NCBI GenBank assembly: GCA_000320545.1 | Contig: ADNK01001276.1 | Location: 1 to 64,000 of the forward strand | Direction: 5' to 3' | Length of the DNA stretch: 64,000 bases | Source of the DNA: Bigelowiella natans CCMP2755 | Lineage: Eukaryota > Protista > Cercozoa | Shown here: piece by piece, positions 14,057 through 26,482 of the stretch | How the letters are laid out: each line of letters opens with the position of its first letter | How positions within the stretch are numbered: the stretch's first letter is position 1 | The notes under the pieces: generated by a model | What the model was told of the DNA's origin: nothing | The model's database searches: none | The model's input: the letters and a program-made list of their open reading frames with translations, nothing else | Position numbers and translations under genes: made by a program

Positions 14057-15757
14057 TCAGTATACAGTTGAGGTTCCCTGGATTGCATCCGAGAAACTTC
14101 GTATCTCTTCGATCTCAACCCCACCATTTTCTAAGCTGCTCTGTCCTTGCCGTTGTGGAACACATCGTTGTAGCTTGTATGTAGCAGCAAGTATCGTGAG
14201 GCATTCTATTATTGACGCCATGATGCCAACAACCTTGAAAAAAAATCATGCTTTGTTGCAGTGTGATTAGGAGGACTAGCAGATCAGCAGCAGCAGTAGT
14301 GTTTTTTATGATCTTCAACGGAAAAATGACACTGCGTACTAGCTACTACCGTAGACATGATTGATAAAATCACGCCCCAGCCGATTTGATCCCTTGTAAG
14401 ATGAAATCGAGGATCCTCTTTTGATAAAGCGTCGTAGTAACCCTGATGCAGCAGCAAGAAGACATATAATCAGACTATTTCTAATTAGGCTGCGCATTTG
14501 CTGTTGAAAGAAGAAGTAAAATCTACATGAAGGATAATCACGACTACCTCAGCGACCATATCACAAGTGGCGATCCACACTGTCCAACTGCATAGTAATT
14601 TGTCATGGAAGAGAGGCGGAAGAATCATCACATCATTTACATCTATTTAAGAGAGTGCTGACCTTAGAGCCATGAGGAAGGACATTGATGTGATTGAAGC
14701 AGCAGTGATCAGCTTGTTGCACAGGGAAGTACCTTTGAAATTATACGTGCAGCCAGCACTTGTGTTCAATTTTCAACTGGAGTCATGATATTGAATTCAG
14801 CCTTGATGAGGAAAATCCAATCCAAATATTCTCCACAATTTCGCGGAGTCGTGTAAATGTAGAATAGATTCCTGTCTCTATTGGTGTTTCAGCATATTTA
14901 CAGTGACATCATATATTGAAGCAGCAACAAATGAAAACCTCTGTGTCGATAGATCAGCAGGCCGAGTGCTAATAGTCCGCAGAAGGTAGCAGTTGACAAC
15001 AAAGAGACTGAGGTAGAAACACATTTGAGTGTCATCATCCAAAAAGGACAGGTATATTCAATTACGAATGACGATCTTCTGTACTATTATCACCTGCTAT
15101 GTAGCCTGCGAAGCTGCAAGTCTCACAAATAGTGTCCGCCGTCACATAACGGGTATTAACAGCTGACGAAGGCAGAGGCAATGTAAGAGTAAGGAGAAAT
15201 CAATGCGAAGTAAAAGAGCACCTCCGCTGCATGTCGGCGATGCGTAATATATGTTATCGGTGACGTCAAGATCTCCACAATTTCGTATCATTTTCTACAC
15301 AGCGTACATAAATGAGAATGCGAGTCAATGGAGCTATTCTACAACCTAAACACAACTTCTGGAAAAGACGACATTACAAGACTAATAACAGTTGACCTGA
15401 AACTGGATTAATCCAAAGGTACCTTCCACTTCACAGTTGCCAGAAAGACCAGAATCACTTTTCGCTTTGTTTTTAACTGCTGTCCAACCCAACGAAGTGG
15501 AAGCGAGGATGCCTTTGCAGCACATGCAGGAAAGTACATGCAGAGAAGAATGAGTCATGGCTCTCGAATGGTTATGGGTAGGTACCTCCTGCAAGAGACA
15601 TGATCCCGAGGCACTCCGCTAAGGCCACCATCACAATAGAACACATGAGGCCCTGTCCTCTCATTCGTTGTGGTCTCACCGACTCAGCTTGTGCCTGACG
15701 CCCCTCATCCTCGTCCTCATCACTCACGCGTTGGTGTTCGGCAGCCATCATTTGCAT
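14057..15757 (-). CDS. Four-TM claudin/PMP22/amastin-like membrane protein (about 9 exons)
   Basis: Short GT-AG introns join TM1 (IVMVALAECLGIMSLAGGILAS), a loop with W..GTFGLIQF and several Cys (NCEV, NCGD, PTC, ICETC), TM2 (AGYIAVSLLSTATFCGLLALGLLIY), TM3 (LITAASITSMSFLMALSWTVWIATC) and TM4 (IGWGVILSIMSTVVGIMASIIECLTIL); stop at 14057-14059. Confidence 0.75.
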
Positions 15758-16232
15758 TTCCGAAAATTCAGCCGAAATCCAGAGCCGAGATCCACTAATC
15801 GCCGATGATTTTATCGCGAAACCCGAGGCTTTGGTTGTCTTTTGGGTAGGAACTAAGGCTGTTTTTTTCCTTGAGATGTGGAGGAAAGCGTTGTCGGCGA
15901 TCTCGAGCTAGTTCGGAAGATAGGAAGAGTGTAACCAAGACATGCATTCACACCTGCGACAACCAAATGAGTCTGTCGCAGTGGAGAAACGCCCTTGTAA
16001 AAGAAAGAAGATGACCTGTTTCCTTTTCTCGGGAGTACTTCTCAGAAATAGAGGCCATTGTGGAGGTGGGAGGGAGTCAACCTCCTTCGGTCCGACCAAC
16101 GCAGATGTAAAATCCATCTATAGCCAGACAGAAATATACCGTGGTTTTGACTAAAGAAGCATGTCCTTCAGTCTTGTATGCATGCAGCCTCAGAATTCCT
16201 ACCCTACTTCCCACTCGCACATCTCGATCCCC

Positions 16233-18618
16233 ATGCGGGGAAAATTGAGGAGGGGCGGTCCGGCGGCCCTTGTGACCTTTTTTGCGCTATCAAGCCTCTT
16301 ATGCCTGCGTGGTGATGGGTCTTTAAGCGTCAGTAAGGTGCAGAAGCCCCCATCATCCTTTTCACTACTCCGTCTGGGCTGGAGGAGGGCTGCCACCTCC
16401 CGGACTCAGGCTCGGATAGGATTGTTCACACGAACAGCGAGGGAAGGGATGGCAAGTATTCCTTTCAGCTTTGGTAGCCAAACTAGAGTTCTGCAGACGA
16501 GGCTCCAACCAAGGGCGCGCAGCAACGTTGAGGACGAAAGCAAGGATTTAACGGAGGAAGTAGCAATGCTGTCGGTAGGCAGAACATGATGAAGAAGCAT
16601 TTGTGTGTAACGAACCACGTCGCAATTGATCCCATAGTGAGATTGATCGTAGGATAATCATCCTACTCATATTGTTGTTGTTTCTCCCTTCCTTCCTCTA
16701 TGCTGCGTTGTGCAGGGAATGGTAGATTATTACAGGTCCAATTACGAGACGGCACTACGACAGATACGGATTCTTAGAAAACAGGTTGGAAAACAACTAA
16801 AAAGGCGGGGACATTAGACATATATAATATTGTGTGCTCGCTCGCGCATATGTTATTTTTTTATTTCGTTTGCCACCTCACTGCCCATCCGGTAGTGGTT
16901 GAGTGCTAGATCTCTCCTTCTTTTCTTCATCATCATCTTCTTGCTCCTCTTACCTGCTTGTCTTTTGCTGATGATGGCAATGGCGATGACGATGATAATG
17001 GTGATGTTGTAGGTGTATCAATACGAGCTGCAACTCGGGCTTGCTCCTGAAAATACTACCAGGTAGGCTGCTCCAACACAGCACTAGAAATGTAATAAAT
17101 AGCAGAGATGGGTGCATGGAACTGTTGCCTCTGAGAGGGCCAATACTGATAAAGAAGGTTGAGTACAGCTTTCGAGAATGGAGGGTTATCGACCTTCGTA
17201 GCATGATAAATATTGTAAGGGCGCAGAGGAAGCAATGGGCAACGACGCTTAATACAAACATCCACCGACACAGGACACCGCCAAAGCCTTCTTTCAAGTT
17301 CCCGGAGCGTCTATTCCCCGGGTACATTGTTATGAATATATATGAGGTGACAAGGGAAGAACGAAGAATATATCCCAATGCTTGAAATCATACCCAATTG
17401 TGGTTAAGGTGGTGGTGGTTAAGATACAGCGGCTCTACTCGTTTTATGGATGAAGCGCAATTGACCCCCCCCCTCCATTTGTTCGTTTTTCCCTCTCCGC
17501 GCCAACATATATGTGCGTTGATCTTGGACCAAGCGTGCTCTAGAGATTCCATTGCAATATCTAATCGTCTTTGAGATAGAGTAGCGAAGTAGTTCTCATC
17601 CTTCGCAATTTTGCTGTTTATCACCAGGCGTAGGATGGGTAAGTACAGGTGGGAGCAAGATATGCAGGAGGTACTCTCTCTCTAATTCATACTTACTTTC
17701 TCCGTCGACAATCACCGCATGTTTCAAGATCCTTTTCCTCACCCCCCCCCTCCATAATCTCAATTTCTCTACTACCCCCCCCCCACAAGGTCCGGATAAT
17801 GGTGCCCATAGGCGAGGACGTGGCGAAGGCAGACGTGCAAGTTTCCCTCACAGGAACCGAAGGACGGAAGCTCCAAGTTGAGGTCAACGGACAAGATCTT
17901 TTTGAAGACGACGAGCTCTCGTTTCCCGTGCGAGGAGACGCGGTGTATTGGATCTTTGCAACTGATCAGGATGAAGCAGGGGCTGAGCGCCGAGTGATCC
18001 AGGTTCCTCATGCGACGACAGCGCGCGCAGCATTTTCGTCGTAAATATTCCATGATTTTGTGAGTGCGAGACGATAGTAGCGACGCCAGGTTTCGAAGCG
18101 ATCTTCCACTAAAGTTGACGGCTACTATGTGACATGTATACATATATATTTTATATACATGTGTGTTTGTGTAGATTAACCTCGAAAAGAGTGTGCGGTA
18201 TCAGAACTGGGAGTTTGGCTTCGTCTCTGAGGACGCCGCTCCCGATGTAGGACAATTAATACGTAACTTTTAGAATAATTGAGAGAAGAAACCCGTCTCC
18301 CCTCCTCCTCCCACTCATCGCGTTCTCCTGCATTGATGTCAGGAAACAGTGACTGATAGATGCTTCATCGACCTTGAGCTGGGAGGTGGGTGTTCTTCTG
18401 TACAATAGGAGGAGGAGGAGGAGGAGGAAGAAGAAGAAAAAACCTAGCAGCGAGAAGAAAATGTTGCCCTCGGTTGGAGGCTGGATCTTTTAACATATGT
18501 GCATATATCTCGTTAATATCACATTATTCTTACATTGATATGATACTATCCTTTGAATTACAGGGGAGCAGGGAACCAAACGCCTTGTTCTTGGATTATT
18601 CGGCAACACGCAACCAAA

Positions 18619-18660
<42 letters not shown>

Positions 18661-19828
18661 TTAAATCGGTGCTAGCCTTAGATCGATCCACGAATCGCAT
18701 TTCGTATCCATGCATCCCACGTTTTCTTACTCATGGATAAGAGATAGATAAGGGTGGGAGGGAGGAGGCATCTGCTTTTGTTTCCTGAAGTCTGTGGATA
18801 TCACTAATAATAACAATACCACTGGATATCACTAATAATAACAATACCACGTAGAACGGTGGAGAACTTCCTGGGTCTGATTAAGGGGGGGGGCAGTGGT
18901 AGCATTATGAATGATGAAAATGGAGGAAAGAATGGAAAAGAGAGAGGAGGAGAAAGAGAAGAAACCTCGTGTTTGCAGTTGAAAGGCACGTCATTCCACA
19001 AAATCTTCCCGGGAGTGTTGATGCAGGTTCGTCGATGTGTGCGCGAGTATCAATGCTTTATTGAGAACGATGGCCAATGCATCACATCTATTTCCTCATT
19101 CATTTGCTCATGTGTGTTCTTGCAACTCTCTTAGGGGGGGGACGTGCTTGGGTTAGGTGGCTCTGGGAGCAGGTAGTAGTAGCTCATATATCTCGAAACT
19201 GAATCATGCTAGCGACGATGAGGATCATACTGACAATGATGATAATGATGACGATGACGATGGTGATGGTGTAACGATGGCGTTTCTGCAAGGATTCCCG
19301 TTTATTCGAACAAAGATACCACGAAGATGGATGGTTTGTTAGAAGCAAGAAGTTATTCTAACGACGAGTGGTTCTGAATTGTTGTCAGGTCCATCTTCGG
19401 CAGCAATTTCAGCGACGAGGTAGCAATAGTAGTAGTAGTAGTAGTAGCAGCAGCAGTAGCAGTATTCAGGCCTCCAGTATTCTTCCTCTATGTGCGCTCG
19501 TGTGCGCGATTTATTCTACACATGCATGCGAGAAGCACGATTTTGAGGGCCACACAGGAAATCGATTCCAAATCACGTATGGGTCAAATTTACCCCTAAA
19601 TACTAGGTTTTCGCACACAGAAATAGTTGTCACCTGGAAAACATCGCTTGCTCATAATTCCTCTATTTCTCTGCCTGTAAGTCTTCTTTTTATCCTTCGC
19701 TGATTCTTTTGCGCGCTGGTATCGCCTCTTTCTTCCCCTGCTCTGCCAGAACTTAAAGCTGCGGCACTCCCGGAAGGGAATGATAGCGATGGCAAATGAT
19801 GGTGAGTGAGAAGAAGGGGGGGGAGGGG

Positions 19829-19871
<43 letters not shown>

Positions 19872-20315
19872 GCTGATGTTAAAGACGTATCCGTTCTGGA
19901 CTGTGCGAAACAGCAGTCATTCCGTTTGCTGTCTGTTATTTCTGCTACACTTCAAAGGGCCTGACTCTAACGGATCACAGTTCTACATAACCTTCCGCCC
20001 CCTGCCCTATATGGATGGAAAATATGTGGTCTTTGGCACAATCATTCAAGATGAAGATTCGGTACAGTGGAGAATATGCAGCGTAACATCTTTGCTATGC
20101 GATATGTTGGCTCTCACATCTTCTTCTTCAATTCTTCTCACTCCTTCTCATGCACATCCAATGCTAAATTTCAGGTTTTATCCTTGATATCACGGCGGTT
20201 TGGTTCGCCGTCAGGCATACCCCAGGCACCTGTCAAAATCGCTGACTGTGGCCTCCTGCCATCTAGTACAACACGATCAACTGAAGCAGCAGATTCGGAG
20301 TCTCCTAGCAGCTAG
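16233..20315 (+). CDS. CS (p23/NudC) domain + cyclophilin-type PPIase with a bipartite plastid-targeting-like leader
   Basis: Leader MRGKLRRGGPAALVTFFALSSLLCL followed by an R/S-rich segment. CS domain YRWEQDMQEVRIMVPIG..VQV..LQVEVNG..LSFPV..VYW..INLEK. Cyclophilin [71 protein letters not shown]. Confidence 0.9.
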
Positions 20316-20584
20316 CTGTCTGTCGCCACGTGCGAAGTCTTGTTTTACTGTGTTCTCCCGAAGTTGTGTATATGGTCATGATGGTGGAGCACGATTGCAT
20401 AGATGTACACGCGACGTTCATTTACGTGATACATGGCAAACACATAGCATTTTGCCTCATGACGGTGCTGTCGCTCGCTCGCTGCATGCATGCGTTTGCT
20501 TAAGGATCATGAATGTTGCCGGTTCCAATGAAGCATGCATCACTTTTTTTCATTTTTTTGCACCACACCATGTACGTGTGTCTA

Positions 20585-20940
20585 GATGTAAGACGGGTGT
20601 AATTAATCAATCAAATTTGTTCAATGGTCATCCTTGTGTAGCTTTGCAATGCAGCGGATACGGCGCTAACATTGAATATTGAATCTATTGGTCTCCGCTA
20701 GCATGATGTGTAAGACGGATGCAATGAATCAAATTGAATTTGTTTAATGGCCATCCTCATGTAGCTGTGTAAAGCAGCGGCTACAGCGCCAATGTTGAAT
20801 CTGTACGTTGGTCCCCGCTGCGATGTGTTTCATGCAATAATGTGATGTGTGAGACGGATATTATATGTAATGAAGTGATTAATCTTTTTCAACAGTCATC
20901 CTGCCTGATGTAGCTATGCAAAAGCAGCGGCTACAGAGCC
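20585..20940. repeat. Three degenerate tandem copies of a 122-139 bp unit in a convergent intergenic region
   Basis: AGACGG...CATCCT...TGTAGCT..GCAGCGG.TAC recurs, with AGACGG at about 20591, 20713 and 20852. Confidence 0.85.
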
Positions 20941-21311
20941 TGGGTTGTTTCATGCAATCAAATGCATGTTGTTTCGATCTTGAATGTCGCGCATTCCGCG
21001 CAGTAGTTCGTGTTTCCTTTTTATCACTAGTCAATCTTTTCGTTTCGCCGTCACGCATCACTGCCATAGTGATGCGCGACGACGAGATGTGAACTCCGCG
21101 ATGCTCTTTGCTTGCTGAGACTCGTAGTGCAACGCGCGCGCGCGTAGTGCTATATCGACTACATACGTGACCTTTCAAGCATGAATTCATTTCACAAATC
21201 GAACGCATTACGGCAGAGCTGCAGACAGTTCTAGGAACAGATTTGATGAAAATCAAATTGAATGAATTCATGACAATATTGGCAAGAAAACTCACCAAAA
21301 CATACATCCTT

Positions 21312-21958
21312 TTACATGATGGCTGAACTGGGCTCTAGTGGAACCTTCATTTCTTCTCTTTTGACCCATCTACCCCCTCCCCTTAGAAAATATAAACTAC
21401 CGCCAATTGTAGAGAGCAGAAGTAGGACGCTATACACGCCTACTGGCCAACCAAAGTTCAAAGCTCCCCACCCAAACACAGACCAAAAGATCAATGCTCC
21501 GATGCAGGGTATAATCGTAGCGGCAATTGGTAACGAGCCGTGACTATGAATCCAACTAAATTGAAACGGGATGTCGCTGGCTTCATCGATGCTTGAGACA
21601 GTGTTGTGGATAGCAGAAAGCATGTGGATGTAACGGAAGGTGATTCCTAGGGTGCAAAATGCTGTCGTTAACCCTACAAGTGGCGCAGCAATGCCCATCG
21701 TAAGCATGATGCCAAGAGCTGTAAGTTGATCGCAGTACATATTTTGAATAAGGTCGTTAGATAGCGATGTGACTTCCTCCGCTGTGCAGTCGAGAAGAAG
21801 CCCAGGCCACATTAGTTTCGTCTCAGATTTGAACACGAAATTAGCCCAACTAGGAGGTTCGGACCATATGATTGACACCATAATCTTCAGTTGATGCACC
21901 TGATAATTTGCGACTTATTATGACTTGGAGGAAGTGGGCAGATGGTCTAGATGGCACG

Positions 21959-21993
<35 letters not shown>

Positions 21994-22043
21994 CCACGAG
22001 TTGTTTATATTGGGTGGGTGAGAGAAAATCAAGAGAGAAATCA

Positions 22044-22079
<36 letters not shown>

Positions 22080-24931
22080 TACTCACCAAGAGATTTGCCA
22101 ACAACGACGATATGAAGAATGGTGCAAACACTCGAATGAGTGTCGATAGGCAGTATTCAGGACGTATTCGGAATGGGGGCGTGAATGTGCCGGTATCCAG
22201 CTCAACATTAGCTAGACATGTGGTGGCTCCGGTTTGAAAATTCACAAGAAAACTCCCACAAATCTGAGTTTGTATTGGGCTGGTCGAGACCGGCTTCAAA
22301 GGGACAAGCTTGGGCTTGAGACAGGAATCGAACGCCAAAGCATCGGCAATTCCTGGAATGAATAAATTGTTCAGCGTGCTTATAAAAGAAATGACGACGA
22401 GTCCCAAGGCCATGTTTTTCCTAGAATCTGAGCCATTAGAGATCAGATGGACTATCCGGTCCGCGATGATGGGTACTAGATACATTGAGAACAGCACCGA
22501 CACCGTCGAGTTGATGTACAACAACAGCTGCTTTGTCGCAGAAGAAATTGTGGTTGAAATGTCTACGACAACCTGTACTACGTTAGTCGAGCCCAGCAGG
22601 GCAATTAAGACGATGATTAGAAAGACTTCCAGAAGGACTAGAAGACATGTTGGCGGCCTACATGATGATTTATCGTTTTCGGTTTCTCCATCTTCAAACT
22701 CAATATACAACTTCTTCCCACGTTGTACCCTGCGTTCCTTCCGTTTTGAATCGACGTGACAGAGTTGTGCGATAGTTTTTCTCTCAGTCGTGGCAGTCTT
22801 CTTCTGGTCTCCTCCTTCCAACTTGACCATCGAATACTTCTTCCAAAATCGTGCTTTTCCAGGCTCGAGTCGCGTCCACCACAACAGAGCTACCACGCAC
22901 CCCAGGGATGTGAAAAAAAGAGAAGAAACAATCCATCCAATAGTGTATTCTATTGGATCGGTGGCACCACTTTTAAAAGCCAGAGACAGCATATTGAGAT
23001 ACTGGCATTGAAATGGTGAATGAGAGGCTCTAAATGTAGGTGTTGCAACCACAGGGATGATAACACCTAAGATCCCAAGAGCAGCTGCTACACCAACCGA
23101 GTTGCGCGCTGCAAATTGGAGGACTGAACGACGTCCTTGCCACCAAGACCAGAAACTGACCAAAAGGCTGGTGGAGCCACACATCCACCACCACAAAAAT
23201 AGTCCAAGAAATATCCCAACAGACACCGCAGCAAGCACTAAAGGCGTAGTAAAGCCATCATTCCCACAAACGTACGAGTATCCGCTCTTGTCAGCGTCCC
23301 GAAGTTTGTCGATGCCCCTACATCCAAACATATTGCCTTGAACAACCTGAATGTTCGCAGAGGGCAGAGATGGCCAGTCGTAGAGAGATGCAGATATCTC
23401 GCAGGATAGCTCATTCAGCTGCAGTCTGAGATCGGTCAGCCCAGGCAGTAATTGCGCAAGTTCTCCGGGAAGATGACCTCGAATTCGATTGTTATCGAGG
23501 AGTAGTTTTGTCAGATTGCCTGCCTGGCTGATTTTCGGAGGAATGGATCCACTCACGAGGTTGTGAGACAGAACAACCTCTGTTAGTCTATCATGAAACA
23601 TTCTATGGGGAATGGTGCCGGATATTTTATTTCCAGAGAGGTAGGCCTTGGTAAGGTTCGGTAGGAACCCAAGCTTTTCTAACCCACCGCTCAATTTGCA
23701 GCCTTGTGAAACAAGGTACTCGAGAGAATTGGGGAGTCCATCGAGAGACCCTTCAAGATTTGGGTTGTTCGAAATCGATAGCACCTAGTGTATTAGAACT
23801 ATGAGAGAGAGAAAGAGAGAAGGAGAGAGGAAGAGAGAGAAATAGGAAGCTGTTTGATGTTGAGTTGTCCTTAGAATTGTCCAGACCTTCATCCCGGGCC
23901 ACAGCATGTTTGGTAGAGTGCCTTGCAGATTATTGCTATGAAGAGTGACAACCTCAAGATTTTCATTTGCGGTCACAGATCCGCCTTGGCAGTTAGGAAT
24001 TTCTCCTGAGAGTTGGCATTCTTCGAGCTGTAATGCAGTCAGAGGGTTTGCGCTACCACACAGAAGGCCCGACGGTATTGTTCCTGACAAACGATTCCCG
24101 TATAAGTAGAGGTGTTTGAGTTGAGAGTCGCTGGATCTTCCAGCAAGGCATTCCTCGGAGAAAACGAATCCTGATAAGCGATTTGCCCCGAGTTCAAGGT
24201 CGAGCATGCTTTCAGAGGCTGAGGTCCCACAGACCAACGCCTCTGGTATCGTCCCAGATATCTGATTACCATAGAGATATAACCTTCGTAGTTGTGTTTG
24301 ATTCGATCGATTGGCAAGGCAAGCATTGGGAGGCAAAGTCCCAGACAATCTGTTATCGCTAACTGAGAAGTCTGTCATCGTTTCTGTTGCAATATTTCCA
24401 CAGAGCAGACCCTTTGGAAGCGTGCCCGATATTTGATTTTGATAGGCATAAAAGTACTCCAGATTGGACAACCTCGATCTGCTTGCAAGGCATTCGTTTG
24501 AAGGTAGTGTTCCTGAAATCTTATTAAATTGCACTTCGAAGTCGTTTAAGATATCTGCAGCGTCATTCCCGCAGATCAAGCCAGCGGGAATCGTTCCAGA
24601 AATTTTATTTGAGAACACCAGAAATTGTTTCAGCTTACTTTGCTGCGAGCGAGTTGAAAGGCACGATTCGGACGGAAGGAAGCCAGATAGCTTGTTGTAT
24701 TGAACCTGAAACGAATTCATCGGTTGTGCTGCTAGATTACCGCAAACAAACTCCTCCGGCAAAGTTCCTGATATGCGATTTTTTTGAGCTTGAAAGCTGA
24801 ACAAACTGGTCCTGTTCGAACGACCTGGTATGTGTGTATGGATTCGTCAGTGCCAGAGAGAGAAGGGGGGGAGGAGATAGAGAGAAGGGAGGGACACACA
24901 CACACACACACACACACCCGCGTGCGCGCGT

Positions 24932-24979
<48 letters not shown>

Positions 24980-25330
24980 GGAGTGAGTGCTTTGATTGTA
25001 GCATAACCTGCGAGGCATTCGCTGGACGGTAAGGTTCCGGATATCTGGTTCTCTATGATTTGAAAATCTTCTAAATTTTCCGAAGAAGCAATGCCGCATA
25101 TCATTGCTGGCGGTATCGTTCCTGATATCTGGTTTCCTGAGACATAGAGTCTCTGAAGTTGTCGGTTGGAAGGGGTTGCAAGACATTCACTTGATGGCAG
25201 TTCTCCTGTAAAATTGTTCTCGTGTACATCAAGCGCGTGAAGCCTTCCCGCTGCCACATTACCACACAATAGTCCCGCTGGTATCGTACCTTAATATAGT
25301 TTAGAGTATTCACTAATGATCTCCATCAAT

Positions 25331-25364
<34 letters not shown>

Positions 25365-25958
25365 TAAACATCCTCTTTTCCCTTCTCTCGCTACCCCTGC
25401 TCCATCACAGCCCCCCACCCCCAAACGTTGATTCCCTAGTCGTGTACCTGAAATTGAGTTTCCATACAAACTCACAACTTCTAACTGAGACCGATTCGAA
25501 CGATTCTCGAACACGCTGTCAGTTGGCAGAGTACCCGACAGCGCTGGGTTCTGATATATGTAAACACCCTGTAATTTCTCCGCCATAAACATTTCAGGGG
25601 GGAGAGATCCAGAAAGAGAAGCCTGCTGAACAATGCCTAGGAGACTAAGATTAGGCAGCCCTTCGAAGAATTCTCCTGGAATAGTTCCAGAGAGGTTGTT
25701 TTCGTACGAAAACACGATTCCTGTCACACTGGTCTTCTCCGCGTTGCAGCTTTCTATTCCGTCCCAACTCTGAAGGTCTTGACATGGACCCTTATATGCT
25801 GTCCTGTTAGAAAGGTTTCTCCATCCATTGTTCCTATACCAACCCGTCCCGCCCAACGCAGAGTAGAATGCACGAAGTGCCTTCTTCTCGCTTTCCGGTA
25901 TCTCTCCACCCACTCCTGCACTACTCAGTAACCATATGAATACCCACCCCCACCACAT
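21312..25958 (-). CDS. Secreted-ectodomain LRR protein with about 10-11 C-terminal transmembrane segments (5 exons)
   Basis: Signal peptide MWWGWVFIWLLSSAGVGG; LRRNT cap (EKKALRAFYSALGGTGW..W..PC..WDGI.C); more than 20 LxxLxLxxNxISGTLP repeats; then a multi-pass hydrophobic region. ORFs 25326-26006, 24847-25269, 23785-24804, 21850-23784 and 21312-21899 join through GT-AG introns. Confidence 0.9.
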
Positions 25959-26482
25959 TCCATTCTGAACATCCATCAGCTCATTGGACTGGAGCGTTGC
26001 ACTCAAGCCATCCGGAGGAGAGGCCTACTCTGGACCTAATAATGGCGACACCGGGGGACCGGATAGAAAATTCACTCGATACTTTTATCTCGTTGCGGTT
26101 ACAAAACATGACTGGAACAACTACTACTACGTTAGGTCCAGATCTAACGCCTATTTCTGGAGTTAAATTGGATGTCGCAAGTATGAAACGCAGGGGCGTT
26201 GTCACTATCGATCACTAGCTTATGCTACGAGTACGAGTCGTACCGCCATTCGAATGACGATTTCTAGGACGTTTTCATATGTGCGACAAGGCAGTAGCTC
26301 TTCATTACCTTTGCCGAACCGAGCAACACACACTTTATTGAAACACGCGTGCGGCACTAAGAGACATTGAACAAATTGTGTCTTTTCGTGCTTCCTCTGC
26401 TTAGTTCTCTGCCTTGCTTCCTGCAGACTGTTGATTAAACACCCGAGGGGACGCTGAAAACGCATCAAAGGATAGACTGATC

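Noticed and set aside
21131-21146. (CG)n run with Z-DNA potential
   Set aside because: Only about 12 bp and unremarkable in such a microsatellite-rich genome.
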